64,000 nt of DNA from an uncultured Acidobacteriota bacterium (GTDB lineage: Bacteria > Acidobacteriota > Thermoanaerobaculia > Multivoradales > UBA5704): assembly GCA_963700145.1 (NCBI GenBank), contig OY969474.1, positions 4,992,001-5,056,000 on the forward strand, given 5' to 3'. Shown here in pieces: positions 36,183 through 45,378 of this stretch (its first letter is position 1; each line of letters opens with the position of its first letter). The notes under the pieces are model-generated. The model had not been told where the DNA came from. It worked only from the letters and a program-made list of their open reading frames with translations, and made no database searches. Position numbers and translations under genes: made by a program.

Positions 36183-37862
36183 TCAGAACCTCTCACTCGT
36201 CGACACCAGCCACTGCACCCCCTCGATCGTGTCGTCGCCGTCGAGGGGGAAGGCGACGTCGAGGTGGATCATCGAGCCGCCGGAGGAGCGGCCGGAGCCG
36301 ATGCGCAGGCCGATGCCGACGTCGCGCAGCACCTCGGGGTCGTCGAGGGAGCTGCGGAACCAGGCGCTGCCGGCGTCGAAGAAGATCGCGGCGCCGAGGT
36401 GGAAGAGGCGGAAGAGCTCGCGCTGGCTGAAGAAGCGCTGCTCGACTGTCGCCAGCAGCCGCCGGTCGCCGCGCAGGAAGCGGAGCGGGTAGCCGCGCAG
36501 GCCGCTGTCGCCGCCGAGCAGGAGCTGGCGCTCGACGTCGAGGTCCTGCGCGTAGTCGGCCTCGAGCCCGAAGTAGAAGACCTGGTCCCCCCAGTGCCGC
36601 AGGTAATAGCGGGCGCGCCCGGAGAGCAGGAGGTTCTCGGCCGCGTCGCGGTAGCGGCCGCCGCCGCGCAGCGACGTGAGGAGAAGCTGGCGCGGCCCGG
36701 GGCGCCAGCCGGCGTCCGCCGAGGCGATCATCATCAGCCGCTCTTGGTCGGCCCCGAGGTCGGGGGAGGACCAGCCGAGGCGCACGCGGAGCTGGGTGCC
36801 GAGGTTGAGGTCCTCGGTGCGGCGGATCTGGTCGAGGTTGCGCTCGGTGACGAAGCCGTCCTCGACGTACTCGTAGCCCAGCCAGGGCCAGCGCAGGTCG
36901 CGGTTCGGCGGCACCAGCGACGTCGAGTCGCCGCCGGGCTGGAAGTCGAAGCGGTCGCGCTCGACGTCGACGCCGAGGAGGAAGCGGTGCGCCCGGCCCT
37001 CCGCCCGGCCGCGCGAGAGGCCGCCGTAGAGCTGCGCGAAGTCGTGGTGGTGGCGGAAGCGCTCGAAGACGAGGCCGCGGTCGTAGAGGGGATCGAGCCG
37101 CTCGTAGGACCAGAGCTTGATCCCCAGCGACCACCGGGTGTCGAGCGAGAACCAGGGGCGCTCGAGCTCGAAGCGTTGGGCGTCGCCGTCGCTGTTCTCG
37201 GCCACCGACAGGTGCAGCTCGCCGCGCTTGCCGAAGAGGTTGGGGTCGCGGTAGCGGAAGAGGGTCGAGTCGCGATCGACGTCGCTGCTGCGCCAGACCG
37301 TCACGTCCTTGCCGGTGCCCAGGAAGTTGGCGTCCTGCAGGCTGAAGTTGGTGCTGTTCTCGCCGCCGGCGCGGTTGACGGAGACGCCGCCGCGCAGGGT
37401 CCAGACGTCGCGCGTCACCACCTCCAGGTCCACCCGCTCGGGGGTCTGCCGCACGGCGTTGATCTCGGCGTCGTAGAGGTAGCGGTTGGCGCGCAGCAGG
37501 CGCTCGGACTCCTCGATCGTGGCCTCCTCGTAGGGGTCGCCCGGCGCGAAGAGGAGCTGGCGGCGGATGACCTGCGGGCGGGTCGTGCGGTGCAGGCGGT
37601 CGGCGAGGCGGAAGGCGAGCTTGTCCTCCCCCTGGCGGTCGGGGTTGAAGATCCCCTGGGTGACGATCCGCACCTCGCCGATGACCGGGCGCCCCGGCTC
37701 CTCCGCGGCGCCGGGGCTCTGCTGCTCCGGCCGCGCGGCGGCCGTGAGGTCGGGCAGGTAGCGGGGCGACCAGGCCTGGGCCGGGCGAGGCAGCGCGACA
37801 GCCGCGGCGAGGGCGAGGAGCGCACCGCAGCGGTGGACGGCGCGAAGGCGGAAAGGGATCAC
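36183..37862 (-). CDS. Omp85 (BamA/TamA-like) outer membrane protein, single POTRA
   Basis: Signal peptide, ESERLLR POTRA, LRGY motif, alternating beta strands, terminal Phe. Confidence 0.82.
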   Translation of the reverse strand: MIPFRLRAVHRCGALLALAAAVALPRPAQAWSPRYLPDLTAAARPEQQSPGAAEEPGRPVIGEVRIVTQGIFNPDRQGEDKLAFRLADRLHRTTRPQVIRRQLLFAPGDPYEEATIEESERLLRANRYLYDAEINAVRQTPERVDLEVVTRDVWTLRGGVSVNRAGGENSTNFSLQDANFLGTGKDVTVWRSSDVDRDSTLFRYRDPNLFGKRGELHLSVAENSDGDAQRFELERPWFSLDTRWSLGIKLWSYERLDPLYDRGLVFERFRHHHDFAQLYGGLSRGRAEGRAHRFLLGVDVERDRFDFQPGGDSTSLVPPNRDLRWPWLGYEYVEDGFVTERNLDQIRRTEDLNLGTQLRVRLGWSSPDLGADQERLMMIASADAGWRPGPRQLLLTSLRGGGRYRDAAENLLLSGRARYYLRHWGDQVFYFGLEADYAQDLDVERQLLLGGDSGLRGYPLRFLRGDRRLLATVEQRFFSQRELFRLFHLGAAIFFDAGSAWFRSSLDDPEVLRDVGIGLRIGSGRSSGGSMIHLDVAFPLDGDDTIEGVQWLVSTSERF

Positions 37863-37921
37863 GTCGAGACCGGCGGACAGGGCGAGAGGACCGGCCGGGA
37901 TTGTACTACGGCCCGCGGCCG

Positions 37922-39106
37922 TCACCCTTCGCGCGGCCACCGGCGCTGCAGCGCGAGCGTGGCCGCGAAGTGCGCCTCGACCTCGGCCATCGAGTCGCCG
38001 CCGAGCTTCTCGAGCAGGGCGTCGGCCAGGACCAGCGCCACCATCGCCTCTGCGATGACCCCGGCGGCGGGCAGCGCCGTGACGTCGCTCCTCTCGTACT
38101 GCGAGGCGTGCGGCTCGAGAGTGTCGAGGTCGACGCTCGGCAGCCCCTTGCGCAGGGTGGAGATCGGCTTCTTATAGGCGGTCACCACGACGTCCTCGCC
38201 GTTGGTCACCCCGCCTTCGAGCCCGCCAGCGCGGTTCGTCGGGCGGCGCCAGCCTTGCTCGTCGCGCTCGATCGCGTCGTGCGCCGCGCTGCCGAAGCCG
38301 CGGCTGGCGGCGACAGCGGCGCCGATCTCGACCGCCTTGACCGCCGGCACCGACATCACCGCCTGCGCGAGACGTCCGTCGAGCTTCTCGTTCCAGGCGA
38401 CGTGCGAGCCGAGCCCGGCGGGCACGCCGTGCGCGACGACCGTCACTGACCCGCCGAGCGTCTCCCCCTCGTCGCGCGCTTGCTCGACGAGGCGCACCAT
38501 CTCGGGCTCCAGGCCGCGGTCGATGGCGCGCAGCGGCGACTCGTCGTCGACTTGCAGGAGCTCTTCCCAGGACGGCACCGGCCGGTCGGTGCCGAGCGGC
38601 CCGAGCGAGCGCACGCCGCTGCGTATTTCCACGCCGACGGCGGCGAGGAGCATCTTGGCGAAGGCGCCGGCGGCGACGCGCGCCGCCGACTCGCGCGCCG
38701 AGGCCCGCTCCAGCACGTCGCGCAGGTCGCGGCGCAGGTACTTGAGGCCGCCGGCCAAGTCGGCGTGCCCGGGCCGCGGCGCCTTGAGCCGCCGCAGCTC
38801 GGCGGCGCGCGGCTCCAGCTCCAGCGGGTCCATGACACCGCGCCAATTGGCGTAGTCGCGGTTCTCGATCCAGAGGACGACGGGGGAGCCGAGGGTCTCG
38901 CCGCCGCGCACGCCGCCGCGGATCTCCGCCCGGTCGTGCTCGATCTGCATCCGCCGGCCGCGCCCGAAGCCGTGCTGGCGGCGCGCCATCTCGCGCTCCA
39001 GGAGCGCCAGGTCCACGCGCAGGCCGGCGGGCAGGCCGCTCAAGATCGCGGTGAGCCCGGGGCCGTGGCTCTCCCCGCCCGTGGTCAGGCCGAGGCGGCG
39101 CAGCAT
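37922..39106 (-). CDS. aroC: Chorismate synthase
   Basis: GESHG, PRPGHAD, ERASARE, NRAGGLEGG, ERSD. Confidence 0.97.
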   Translation of the reverse strand: MLRRLGLTTGGESHGPGLTAILSGLPAGLRVDLALLEREMARRQHGFGRGRRMQIEHDRAEIRGGVRGGETLGSPVVLWIENRDYANWRGVMDPLELEPRAAELRRLKAPRPGHADLAGGLKYLRRDLRDVLERASARESAARVAAGAFAKMLLAAVGVEIRSGVRSLGPLGTDRPVPSWEELLQVDDESPLRAIDRGLEPEMVRLVEQARDEGETLGGSVTVVAHGVPAGLGSHVAWNEKLDGRLAQAVMSVPAVKAVEIGAAVAASRGFGSAAHDAIERDEQGWRRPTNRAGGLEGGVTNGEDVVVTAYKKPISTLRKGLPSVDLDTLEPHASQYERSDVTALPAAGVIAEAMVALVLADALLEKLGGDSMAEVEAHFAATLALQRRWPREG

Positions 39107-39119
39107 GGGGACGAGCGTA

Positions 39120-40592
39120 TCAGCGGGTGAAGTCGAGGAAGCCGCGCTCGGGGTCGGCGGCGGCGAGCCGCACCTCGACGCGGTCGCCGACGTCAAGCCC
39201 GGCGGCGCCGTGCGCCAGCTTCCCCTCGACCGGCGGCTCGACGATGCGCACGTAGGTGCCGTGCGGCGTGACGCCGGTCACCACGGCCGCGAACGTCTCG
39301 CCGATGCGCGGCGCGAGGTAGAGCGCCGCCGCCGCTTTCGCGACCTGCCGCTCGACGCGCCGGCCCTGGTCCTCGCGCTCGGTGCAGCGACGGGCGAGGT
39401 CGAGCAGCTCGTCGTCCGTGTAGGGGCAGCAGCGGCCGGCGAGCGCCGCCTGCAGGACGCGCTGCGTCACGAGGTCGGGGAGGCGGCGGTTGGGGGCGGT
39501 CGAGTGGGTATAGGCGGGGACGGCGAGGCCGAAGTGGCCGGGGGCGTCCTTCCCCGGCAGGTCCACCGCGTACTCGCCGCCGCCCAGGAGCTTGCGCACC
39601 GCCAGGCAGACCTCGACGTAGCCGTCGCGGTCGGCGGCGCGGCGGCGGGCGAGGAACTCGGCGAGTGCGCGGGCGTCCGGCGCCTCCGGCAGCCGGTCGC
39701 CCGCCGCGGCCGCCAGCGCGACGAGGCGGTCCCAGCGCGCCGGGGCGCGGACGACGCGGCGCAGCGCCGGCAGGCCGCGGGCGTCGAGGAAGGCGGCGGT
39801 GGAGCTGTTGGCGGCGATCATGACGTCCTCGATCAGCTTCTGCGCCCGGTTGGTGCGCTCGACGGCGAGGCCGACGATCGTGCCGCCGGCGAACACCGGC
39901 CGCGCCGTCGAGTCTTCGAGGTCGAGCGCGCCGCGCTCGTGGCGCCGGCGGCGGAGGCGGCGCGCCACCTCGTCCTGGAGGCGGACCTGCGCGTCGAGCC
40001 CGGGCACGCTGGCGAGCGCCGGCGGCGGCCCGGCGGCGCCGTCGAGCCAGGCGGCGACGTCGGGGTAGGCGAGCTTGGCGCGCGAGCGGACGCGGGCGCG
40101 CACGAAATCGACACCGTCGATACCGCCCTCGCCGTCCACCGTCATCGCGACGACGACCGCCAGCCGCTCCTCGCCGGCGACCAGCGAGGTCAGCTCGGTC
40201 GAGAGGCGCGGGGGGAGCATGTGGAAGGTCTTGCCGGCGGTGTAGACCGAGGTGGTGTTGCGGCCGGCGTGGGCGTCGATCGCGCCGCCCTGGGCGACGC
40301 GCGAGGCGACGTCCGCCACCGCCACCGAGAGCCGGACGGCGCCGCCGTCGCCCCCGAGCGGCTCGGCGACGGTGAGCTGGTCGAGGTCGCGGCTGTCGGC
40401 GTTGTCGATCGAGAACCAGGGCAGGTGCGTGAGGTCGCCGACCGCCGCCTCCCCCTCCCGCGGCGCCGGCGGCGCCACCGGCAGCCGCGCCGCCTCCGAC
40501 TGCACCGGGGGTGGGAACCCGGTCGCCATTTCCCGCTCTTCCATCGCCCGCTGCGCGAGGGAGCGGAGGATTTTCCGGTGGCTCGGGGGCAT
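39120..40592 (-). CDS. RNB-domain (RNase II/R family) ribonuclease, short form
   Basis: SIDNADSRDLDQ, TSVY, HFGLA..YTHSTAPNRR, C-terminal S1-like domain. Confidence 0.9.
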   Translation of the reverse strand: MPPSHRKILRSLAQRAMEEREMATGFPPPVQSEAARLPVAPPAPREGEAAVGDLTHLPWFSIDNADSRDLDQLTVAEPLGGDGGAVRLSVAVADVASRVAQGGAIDAHAGRNTTSVYTAGKTFHMLPPRLSTELTSLVAGEERLAVVVAMTVDGEGGIDGVDFVRARVRSRAKLAYPDVAAWLDGAAGPPPALASVPGLDAQVRLQDEVARRLRRRRHERGALDLEDSTARPVFAGGTIVGLAVERTNRAQKLIEDVMIAANSSTAAFLDARGLPALRRVVRAPARWDRLVALAAAAGDRLPEAPDARALAEFLARRRAADRDGYVEVCLAVRKLLGGGEYAVDLPGKDAPGHFGLAVPAYTHSTAPNRRLPDLVTQRVLQAALAGRCCPYTDDELLDLARRCTEREDQGRRVERQVAKAAAALYLAPRIGETFAAVVTGVTPHGTYVRIVEPPVEGKLAHGAAGLDVGDRVEVRLAAADPERGFLDFTR

Positions 40593-40603
40593 CGCGCGCG
40601 GCC

Positions 40604-40999
40604 TCAGACCTGGCGGCAGTGCGCCGTCAGCCAGCCGGCGAGCTCGGCTTCCGAGAGGCTTCCGCTCGCCAGCTCGGTCATCGTGCGGAACGTCTCCTGC
40701 TTAGGCGCGGCGAGCCGCAGGCCGTGCAGCTCGAGGAAGGTGAGCGCGGCGGCGAGGGCGATCCGCTTGTTGCCGTCGACGAAGCAGTGGTTGCGCGCCA
40801 GCCCGTAGGCGTAGCTCGCGGCGAGCTCGCAGAGGGTCGGCTCGCGCTCGCCGTAGGCGGCGAGGTTCTGCGGCCGGGCCAGCGTGGAGCGCAGGAGCCC
40901 GAGGTCACTCACCCCTTCCGCTCCGCCGTGCTCGGCGATCAACAGCCGATGGATGGCGAGGACCGTCTCCTCGAGGAGCCATTCCGGCTCCGGCGTCAC
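40604..40999 (-). CDS. doc: Death-on-curing (Doc/Fic) toxin
   Basis: HCFVDGNKR motif; overlaps the antitoxin stop. Confidence 0.93.
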   Translation of the reverse strand: MTPEPEWLLEETVLAIHRLLIAEHGGAEGVSDLGLLRSTLARPQNLAAYGEREPTLCELAASYAYGLARNHCFVDGNKRIALAAALTFLELHGLRLAAPKQETFRTMTELASGSLSEAELAGWLTAHCRQV

Positions 41000-41220
41000 C
41001 GCGCCAGCTCACGCAGCACGTCCCGCTGGTCCTTGAGCACCCGCTCGGCCGCCCGGACCTGCCGGACGAAGGCCTCGTCGTACGGCGTGAGGGAGTAGCC
41101 GTCCGGGGTCTCCACCAAGTAAAGCACGTCCCCCTTCTGCACCTTGAGCCGCGCCATGACCTCCTTCGGCAGCACGACGCCCGCGGAGTTCCCGACCGTG
41201 GTGATCTTGAGCTCGACCAT
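40996..41220 (-). CDS. AbrB/MazE-family antitoxin
   Basis: KITTVGNSAGVVLPKE...GD.LYL...LTPYD. Confidence 0.92.
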   Translation of the reverse strand: MVELKITTVGNSAGVVLPKEVMARLKVQKGDVLYLVETPDGYSLTPYDEAFVRQVRAAERVLKDQRDVLRELAR

Positions 41221-41242
41221 GGGGTTCTCTCCCTCGGGCCGG

Positions 41243-41258
41243 ATTATAACAATCGTTA
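41243..41258 (-). promoter_or_regulatory. Extended -10 promoter (TGTTATAAT) overlapped by TAAC-N4-GTTA inverted repeat
   Basis: Perfect TATAAT at 41243-41248; the palindrome is a likely autoregulatory operator (inference). Confidence 0.65.
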
Positions 41259-41285
41259 GAATCGTGACGCGACCGAACCGGGGCA

Positions 41286-41496
41286 GGAAGCTTCCTCGCC
41301 AGCTCGGGAACCTTCCGTTCCACCCCCGGAGGCTTCCGCACCCCGCCAGGAAGCTTCCCGTTTGCCTCCGGAGGCTTCCGCATCCCGTCGGGAAGCTTCC
41401 GCTCCGCCTCCGGAAGCTTCCGGACCTCGCGGGGAAGCTTCCGTCCGCCTCCGGAAGCTTCCGCTTTACGTCCGGAAGCTTCCCCTTTGCCTCCGG
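41286..41496. repeat. Tandem array B, left part (GGAAGCTTCC palindrome + 11-nt variable linker, 21-bp period)
   Basis: Cores at 41286, 41307, 41328, 41349, 41370, 41391, 41412, 41433, 41453, 41474; the 11th is cut by IS3. Confidence 0.97.
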
Positions 41497-41547
41497 TGGA
41501 GTTGCCCCGCTTTGGTGGACACCTCATCCTTCGGGAGAAAGGAGTCC

Positions 41548-41868
41548 ATGATGGGGAGTCACCGCGGCAAGCCCTACCCGGCGGAGTTTCGTCGGCGGAT
41601 GGTTGAGTTGGTGCGGGCCGGGCGGACGGCCGAGGAGCTGAGTCGGGAGTTCGAGCCCTCGGCCGAGTCGATTCGCGACTGGGCACGCCAAGCCGACCGG
41701 GACGAGGGCCGGCGCGACGACGGGCTGACGACGGCCGAGCGCGAGGAGCTGCGCCGGCTGCGGCGGGAGAATCGCCAGTTGCGTGAGGACCGGGAGATTC
41801 TGGCAAAAGCCGCGGCCTGGTTTGCTCGGGAGACCGAGTCGAGCCCACGGAAGGGTTCGGATTCGTGA
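41548..41868 (+). CDS. IS3 transposase OrfA
   Basis: As copy 1. Confidence 0.92.
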   Translation: MMGSHRGKPYPAEFRRRMVELVRAGRTAEELSREFEPSAESIRDWARQADRDEGRRDDGLTTAEREELRRLRRENRQLREDREILAKAAAWFARETESSPRKGSDS

Positions 41869-42710
41869 GGGCGCACCAGGCCTGCTACAGGGTAGTGAGG
41901 ATGTGCCGACTGCTGGGTGTCTCCTCCAGCGGGTATTACGCCTGGTGTCGGCGTCAGGCCGGTGCGCGAGCCCGAGCCGACGCGGCGCTCGGCGCGCAGA
42001 TCCGGGCGATCCACGCGCGGTCGTGGGGGACTTATGGGGCGCCCCGGATCCACGCCGAGCTGGCGGCGCAGGGCGTACGGGTGGGGCGCAAGCGTGTGGG
42101 GCGGCTGATGCGCGAGGCCGGGCTTGGGGGCGTCAGTCGGCGGAAGTGGCCCCGGACGACGGTGCGAGACGGCCAAGCCCGCCCGGCGCCGGATCTGGTC
42201 GGCCGTCACTTCACGGTCGACGCTCCGGATCGGCTCTGGGTGGCCGACATCACCTACATCCCGACCACGGCAGGGTTTCTGTACCTGGCCGTGGTCGTCG
42301 ACGCCTGGAGTCGGCGCGTGGTGGGCTGGTCGATGGCGACGCATCTGCAGACCGAGCTCGTGGTGGCGGCACTGGAGATGGCGCTTGGACAGCGGCGGCC
42401 GCAGGGCGTGATCCATCATTCCGACCAGGGGACGCAGTACACCTCGTTGGCCTTCGGCCAGCGCTGCCGACGAGCCGGTGTGCGGCCGTCGATGGGGTCG
42501 GTCGGGGACTGCTACGACAACGCGCTGTGCGAGAGCTTCTTTGCCACGCTCGAGTGCGAGCTGCTCGACCGGCGGCGCTTCGGGACCCAGACCGAGGCCC
42601 GGATGGCGGTGTTCGAGTTCCTCGAGGGCTGGTACAACCCGCATCGCCGGCACTCGGCCCTGGGCTATCTCAGCCCGGCGGAATTCGAGCGCCGGCGACG
42701 GGCAGCCTGA
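41865..42710 (+). CDS. IS3 transposase OrfB (DDE)
   Basis: Translation identical to copy 1. Confidence 0.95.
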   Translation: MRAHQACYRVVRMCRLLGVSSSGYYAWCRRQAGARARADAALGAQIRAIHARSWGTYGAPRIHAELAAQGVRVGRKRVGRLMREAGLGGVSRRKWPRTTVRDGQARPAPDLVGRHFTVDAPDRLWVADITYIPTTAGFLYLAVVVDAWSRRVVGWSMATHLQTELVVAALEMALGQRRPQGVIHHSDQGTQYTSLAFGQRCRRAGVRPSMGSVGDCYDNALCESFFATLECELLDRRRFGTQTEARMAVFEFLEGWYNPHRRHSALGYLSPAEFERRRRAA

Positions 42711-42821
42711 GATGCACGTCACTCCTGGCGTTTTCGTCGGATCGTGGGACGGGCAGCTGCCCGCCTCACGCAGGGGAGGAGACCCCAAACTTCAACTGTC
42801 CACCAAACCGGGGTAAGTCCA

Positions 42822-42896
42822 CCGGAAGCTTCCGCCTCAGGTCCGGAAGCTTCCGCAGCCCCTCGGGAAGCTTCCTACGCGCCTCGGGAGGCTTCC
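42822..42896. repeat. Tandem array B, right part
   Basis: Cores at 42824, 42845, 42866, 42887; 14 units in total. Confidence 0.95.
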
Positions 42897-42927
42897 GGGC
42901 CGCGCGGTCATAGCGAAGCGCGAGTAA

Positions 42928-42967
42928 TTGACGTGTCCAAGCATACGATTTAGCCTTCAGCGTATGC
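42928..42967 (+). promoter_or_regulatory. Sigma70 promoter TTGACG-N17-TAGCCT with GCATACG/CGTATGC operator; leaderless vapB
   Basis: -10 ends 7 nt before ATG 42964; 7-bp inverted repeat arms at 42941 and 42961. Confidence 0.7.
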
Positions 42968-43170
42968 GCACGACCCTCGATCTCCCGGATGAGCTGCTGG
43001 AGGAGGCCCGGCGCCTGCTGGGCTTCAAGTCGAAGACCGATACCGTCGTCCTCTCGCTGCGCGAGCTGGTGCGCAAGCGGCGCGTCGAGGAGCTCAAAGA
43101 CCTCCTCGGCTCGATCGAGCTGGACATCGACGTGTCGGAGTCCCGCCGGCGGCCGCCGGGGAACGGATGA
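42964..43170 (+). CDS. vapB: VapB-family antitoxin (RHH)
   Basis: MRTTLDLPDELLEEARRLLGFKSKTDTV; ATGA overlap with the PIN gene. Confidence 0.9.
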   Translation: MRTTLDLPDELLEEARRLLGFKSKTDTVVLSLRELVRKRRVEELKDLLGSIELDIDVSESRRRPPGNG

Positions 43171-43553
43171 TCTTCGTCGACACCTCGATCTGGGTCGAGG
43201 CGTTGCGCCGGGGAGAGTCGCCGGAGGCGCGGCACCTTTCCGCGCTCCTGGACGACGGGACCGTCGCGCTCGCCGTCCCCGTGCGTATCGAGATCCTGGC
43301 CGGCGCCTCGGCCCGAGACCGCGTGACATTGCGCCGCACCCTCTCGGCGCTGCCGCTCTTCCACCCCGCGGGGAGCACCTGGCGGCTCGTCGAGAGCTGG
43401 CTCGATCTTGCCTCCGCGGCGGGCGAGCGCTTCGGCTTCGCCGACCTCTTGATCGGCGCCATCGCCGCCGAGCAGGAAGGGGAGCTGTGGTCTCGCGACG
43501 CCGACTTCCAGCGCATGGCGCGGGTCGGCCTGGTGCGGCTGCACGCCGCCTGA
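43167..43553 (+). CDS. vapC: VapC PIN-domain toxin
   Basis: FVDTSIW, EIL.G, ADLLI, WSRDADF acidic residues. Confidence 0.92.
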   Translation: MIFVDTSIWVEALRRGESPEARHLSALLDDGTVALAVPVRIEILAGASARDRVTLRRTLSALPLFHPAGSTWRLVESWLDLASAAGERFGFADLLIGAIAAEQEGELWSRDADFQRMARVGLVRLHAA

Positions 43554-43565
43554 GAGGGACCGGGG

Positions 43566-43967
43566 ATGGTGCGAACCCACGGCCTGACGCACGTCGCCCT
43601 CGCAGTGCGGGACGCCGAGCGGGCGTTCCGCTTCTACGAGGCGGTCTTCGGGGCGGTGGCGGTGTACCGGCAGGAGGGGTTCATCCAGGCGCAGACGCCG
43701 GGGAGCCGCGACGTGCTGGTGTTCGAGGAGGACGCCAAGCGCGCCGGCAAGGCCGGCGGCGTGGCGCACTTCGGCTTCCGGCTCCTCGACCCCGCCGACA
43801 TCGACGCCGCCGCGGCGGCCGTGCGCGAGGCCGGCGGCAGCATCCGCGAGCAGGGCGAGTTCTGCCCCGGCGAGCCCTACCTCTTCTGCGCCGACCCGGA
43901 CGGCTACGAAGTAGAGATCTGGTACGAGCTGCCGACGCCGGTCGATCCGGCGGCGGGCGACGGCTAG
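43566..43967 (+). CDS. VOC/glyoxalase family protein
   Basis: GLTHVALAV, HFGF, DPDGYEVEI. Confidence 0.9.
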   Translation: MVRTHGLTHVALAVRDAERAFRFYEAVFGAVAVYRQEGFIQAQTPGSRDVLVFEEDAKRAGKAGGVAHFGFRLLDPADIDAAAAAVREAGGSIREQGEFCPGEPYLFCADPDGYEVEIWYELPTPVDPAAGDG

Positions 43968-44112
43968 CGTATGCCTTGTGCCGAGATTCGGGGGAGCGGG
44001 GCGTCCAGTTGAGGCGACCAAACGCAAATGGTCTGCAGAAGGCGAAGGCGCATTCAAAGGTGGAATATCATACCTCCTCCACGAAACCTATCCGAGCACG
44101 CATGAGGCTACG

Positions 44113-45300
44113 ATGAAAATCCTGATGCTCAGCGCTGCCTATACAGGAAGTGCAGGAGGAGTTGCTCGTCATGTAGTGACCCTCGCTCGTGGGCTCGTAC
44201 GGCACAGGGACGTGAAGGTTCATGTGCTCGCTCTTGCAAAAGAAGGCGCGGAGGGGAAACGACAAAGGCGCGGCCGCCTCACCGAGTGGAAGTTGAAACG
44301 TGAGTTGGTGGAAGAGTTTTCGGGTCGGCGAGTCGTCTTCGGTCGGCTGTTTGAGCTGCTAGGGGGAGACTGGTTTAGCATCGAACCGGATGCGATTCAC
44401 GCTCACGACTTCGACTCAATGATTCTCGGAGTGATGTTACGGTGCGCTTACGGTTGCCCTCTCGTAATTACGGTGCACAGAGCGCCAACAGAATGGCGTA
44501 GCGGTCGGTTCAAGGAGAATGCTAAGGATTGCCTTCTGGAGCTCGTACGCTGCCAATCACTTGTTGATAGCATAGTGGTCCCAAGCGAAGCAAGCGCTCG
44601 AATTCTGCGTAGCCAAGGCTTCACGAACATCGATGTAATTCCTCATGCGATTGGGAAACACTTATTGTCACACCAGACACTGCCGGATCTATTGAGGGAG
44701 CGTGGTGTCCCTGAGGACCGACGACTCGTTTTCAGTCCTGTCCGCCCAGACGAGCACAAAGACCCGCAGATCGTCATCCGTGCAGCTGCGCGCGTTATCA
44801 GCTCATGGGCTGAAGGTGATAGGCCGTTATTCTTGCTGCTTGACGACCTACAGAATGCATCGTTGAGCCAGGAGTTGCGTGCGGTCGCAAGCAGCTGGGG
44901 GCTTGTTGAAGGTCAAGACATCGTATTTACCCGGCCATTTGCTTATGGAGGCGAGCTTGCGACGGTTCTGCGTAGGTCGGAATTAATCGTAATCCCATCG
45001 GTACGTGAGTCGTTTGGTCAGAGTGTCTTAGATGCATTCATGTTCGCCAAGCCGGTGACCGCTCGAAACAGCATGGCTCTAAGCGAGCTAGTTCGCCATG
45101 GGGAGAATGGCCTGCTTTTCAGTACGTACGAGGAGTTGGCTGCGACGATTCGCAGGCTCCTGCTTGATGGTCACTTGGCAAGCCGACTGGGACAAGCGGG
45201 AAGAGAGGATAACGAGAGCCGCTTTAGGTTAGATGAGATGGTGGCCCGTTACCGCGAGCTTTATGGCCGGCTGCTTCGCGGCGGTGTTCCGAGGACATGA
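44113..45300 (+). CDS. Glycosyltransferase family 4, low-GC (horizontally acquired)
   Basis: MKILML..GGVARHV, IHAHD, PSVRESFGQSVLDA, HGENGLL; visibly more AT-rich than its neighbours. Confidence 0.88.
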   Translation: MKILMLSAAYTGSAGGVARHVVTLARGLVRHRDVKVHVLALAKEGAEGKRQRRGRLTEWKLKRELVEEFSGRRVVFGRLFELLGGDWFSIEPDAIHAHDFDSMILGVMLRCAYGCPLVITVHRAPTEWRSGRFKENAKDCLLELVRCQSLVDSIVVPSEASARILRSQGFTNIDVIPHAIGKHLLSHQTLPDLLRERGVPEDRRLVFSPVRPDEHKDPQIVIRAAARVISSWAEGDRPLFLLLDDLQNASLSQELRAVASSWGLVEGQDIVFTRPFAYGGELATVLRRSELIVIPSVRESFGQSVLDAFMFAKPVTARNSMALSELVRHGENGLLFSTYEELAATIRRLLLDGHLASRLGQAGREDNESRFRLDEMVARYRELYGRLLRGGVPRT

Positions 45301-45323
45301 AAAAAGGCCGCTTTCCGCGGCCT
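45300..45323 (-). terminator. Intrinsic terminator
   Basis: AGGCCGC-GGAAA-GCGGCCT-TTTTT. Confidence 0.8.
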
Positions 45324-45373
45324 CCGTTCCAGAGTGGGTCTAGGAGAGGACACCACCCCGGAAACTTTACTGT
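45300..45373 (-). ncRNA. Candidate ~72-nt small RNA (two hairpins)
   Basis: Lies between a TTGACT-N17-TACACT promoter and an intrinsic terminator; 11-bp stem with a CUCUCCUA loop. Confidence 0.55.
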
Positions 45374-45378
45374 GCGGA

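Larger units (their letters stand above)
41497..42821 (+). mobile_element. IS3-family element, copy 2 (1325 bp)
   Basis: Same IRs as copy 1; 4-bp CCGG target duplication; one coding difference seen in OrfA (SIRDW versus SIHDW). Confidence 0.97.

Noticed and set aside
33158-42821. Composite transposon bounded by the two direct IS3 copies
   Set aside because: Each copy has its own target duplication (CCCC, CCGG), indicating independent insertions; the cargo includes housekeeping aroC.
41286-42896. CRISPR interpretation of array B (and A, C, D)
   Set aside because: Repeats of 10-15 bp and linkers of 6-11 nt are far below CRISPR sizes; no cas genes or leader in the window.
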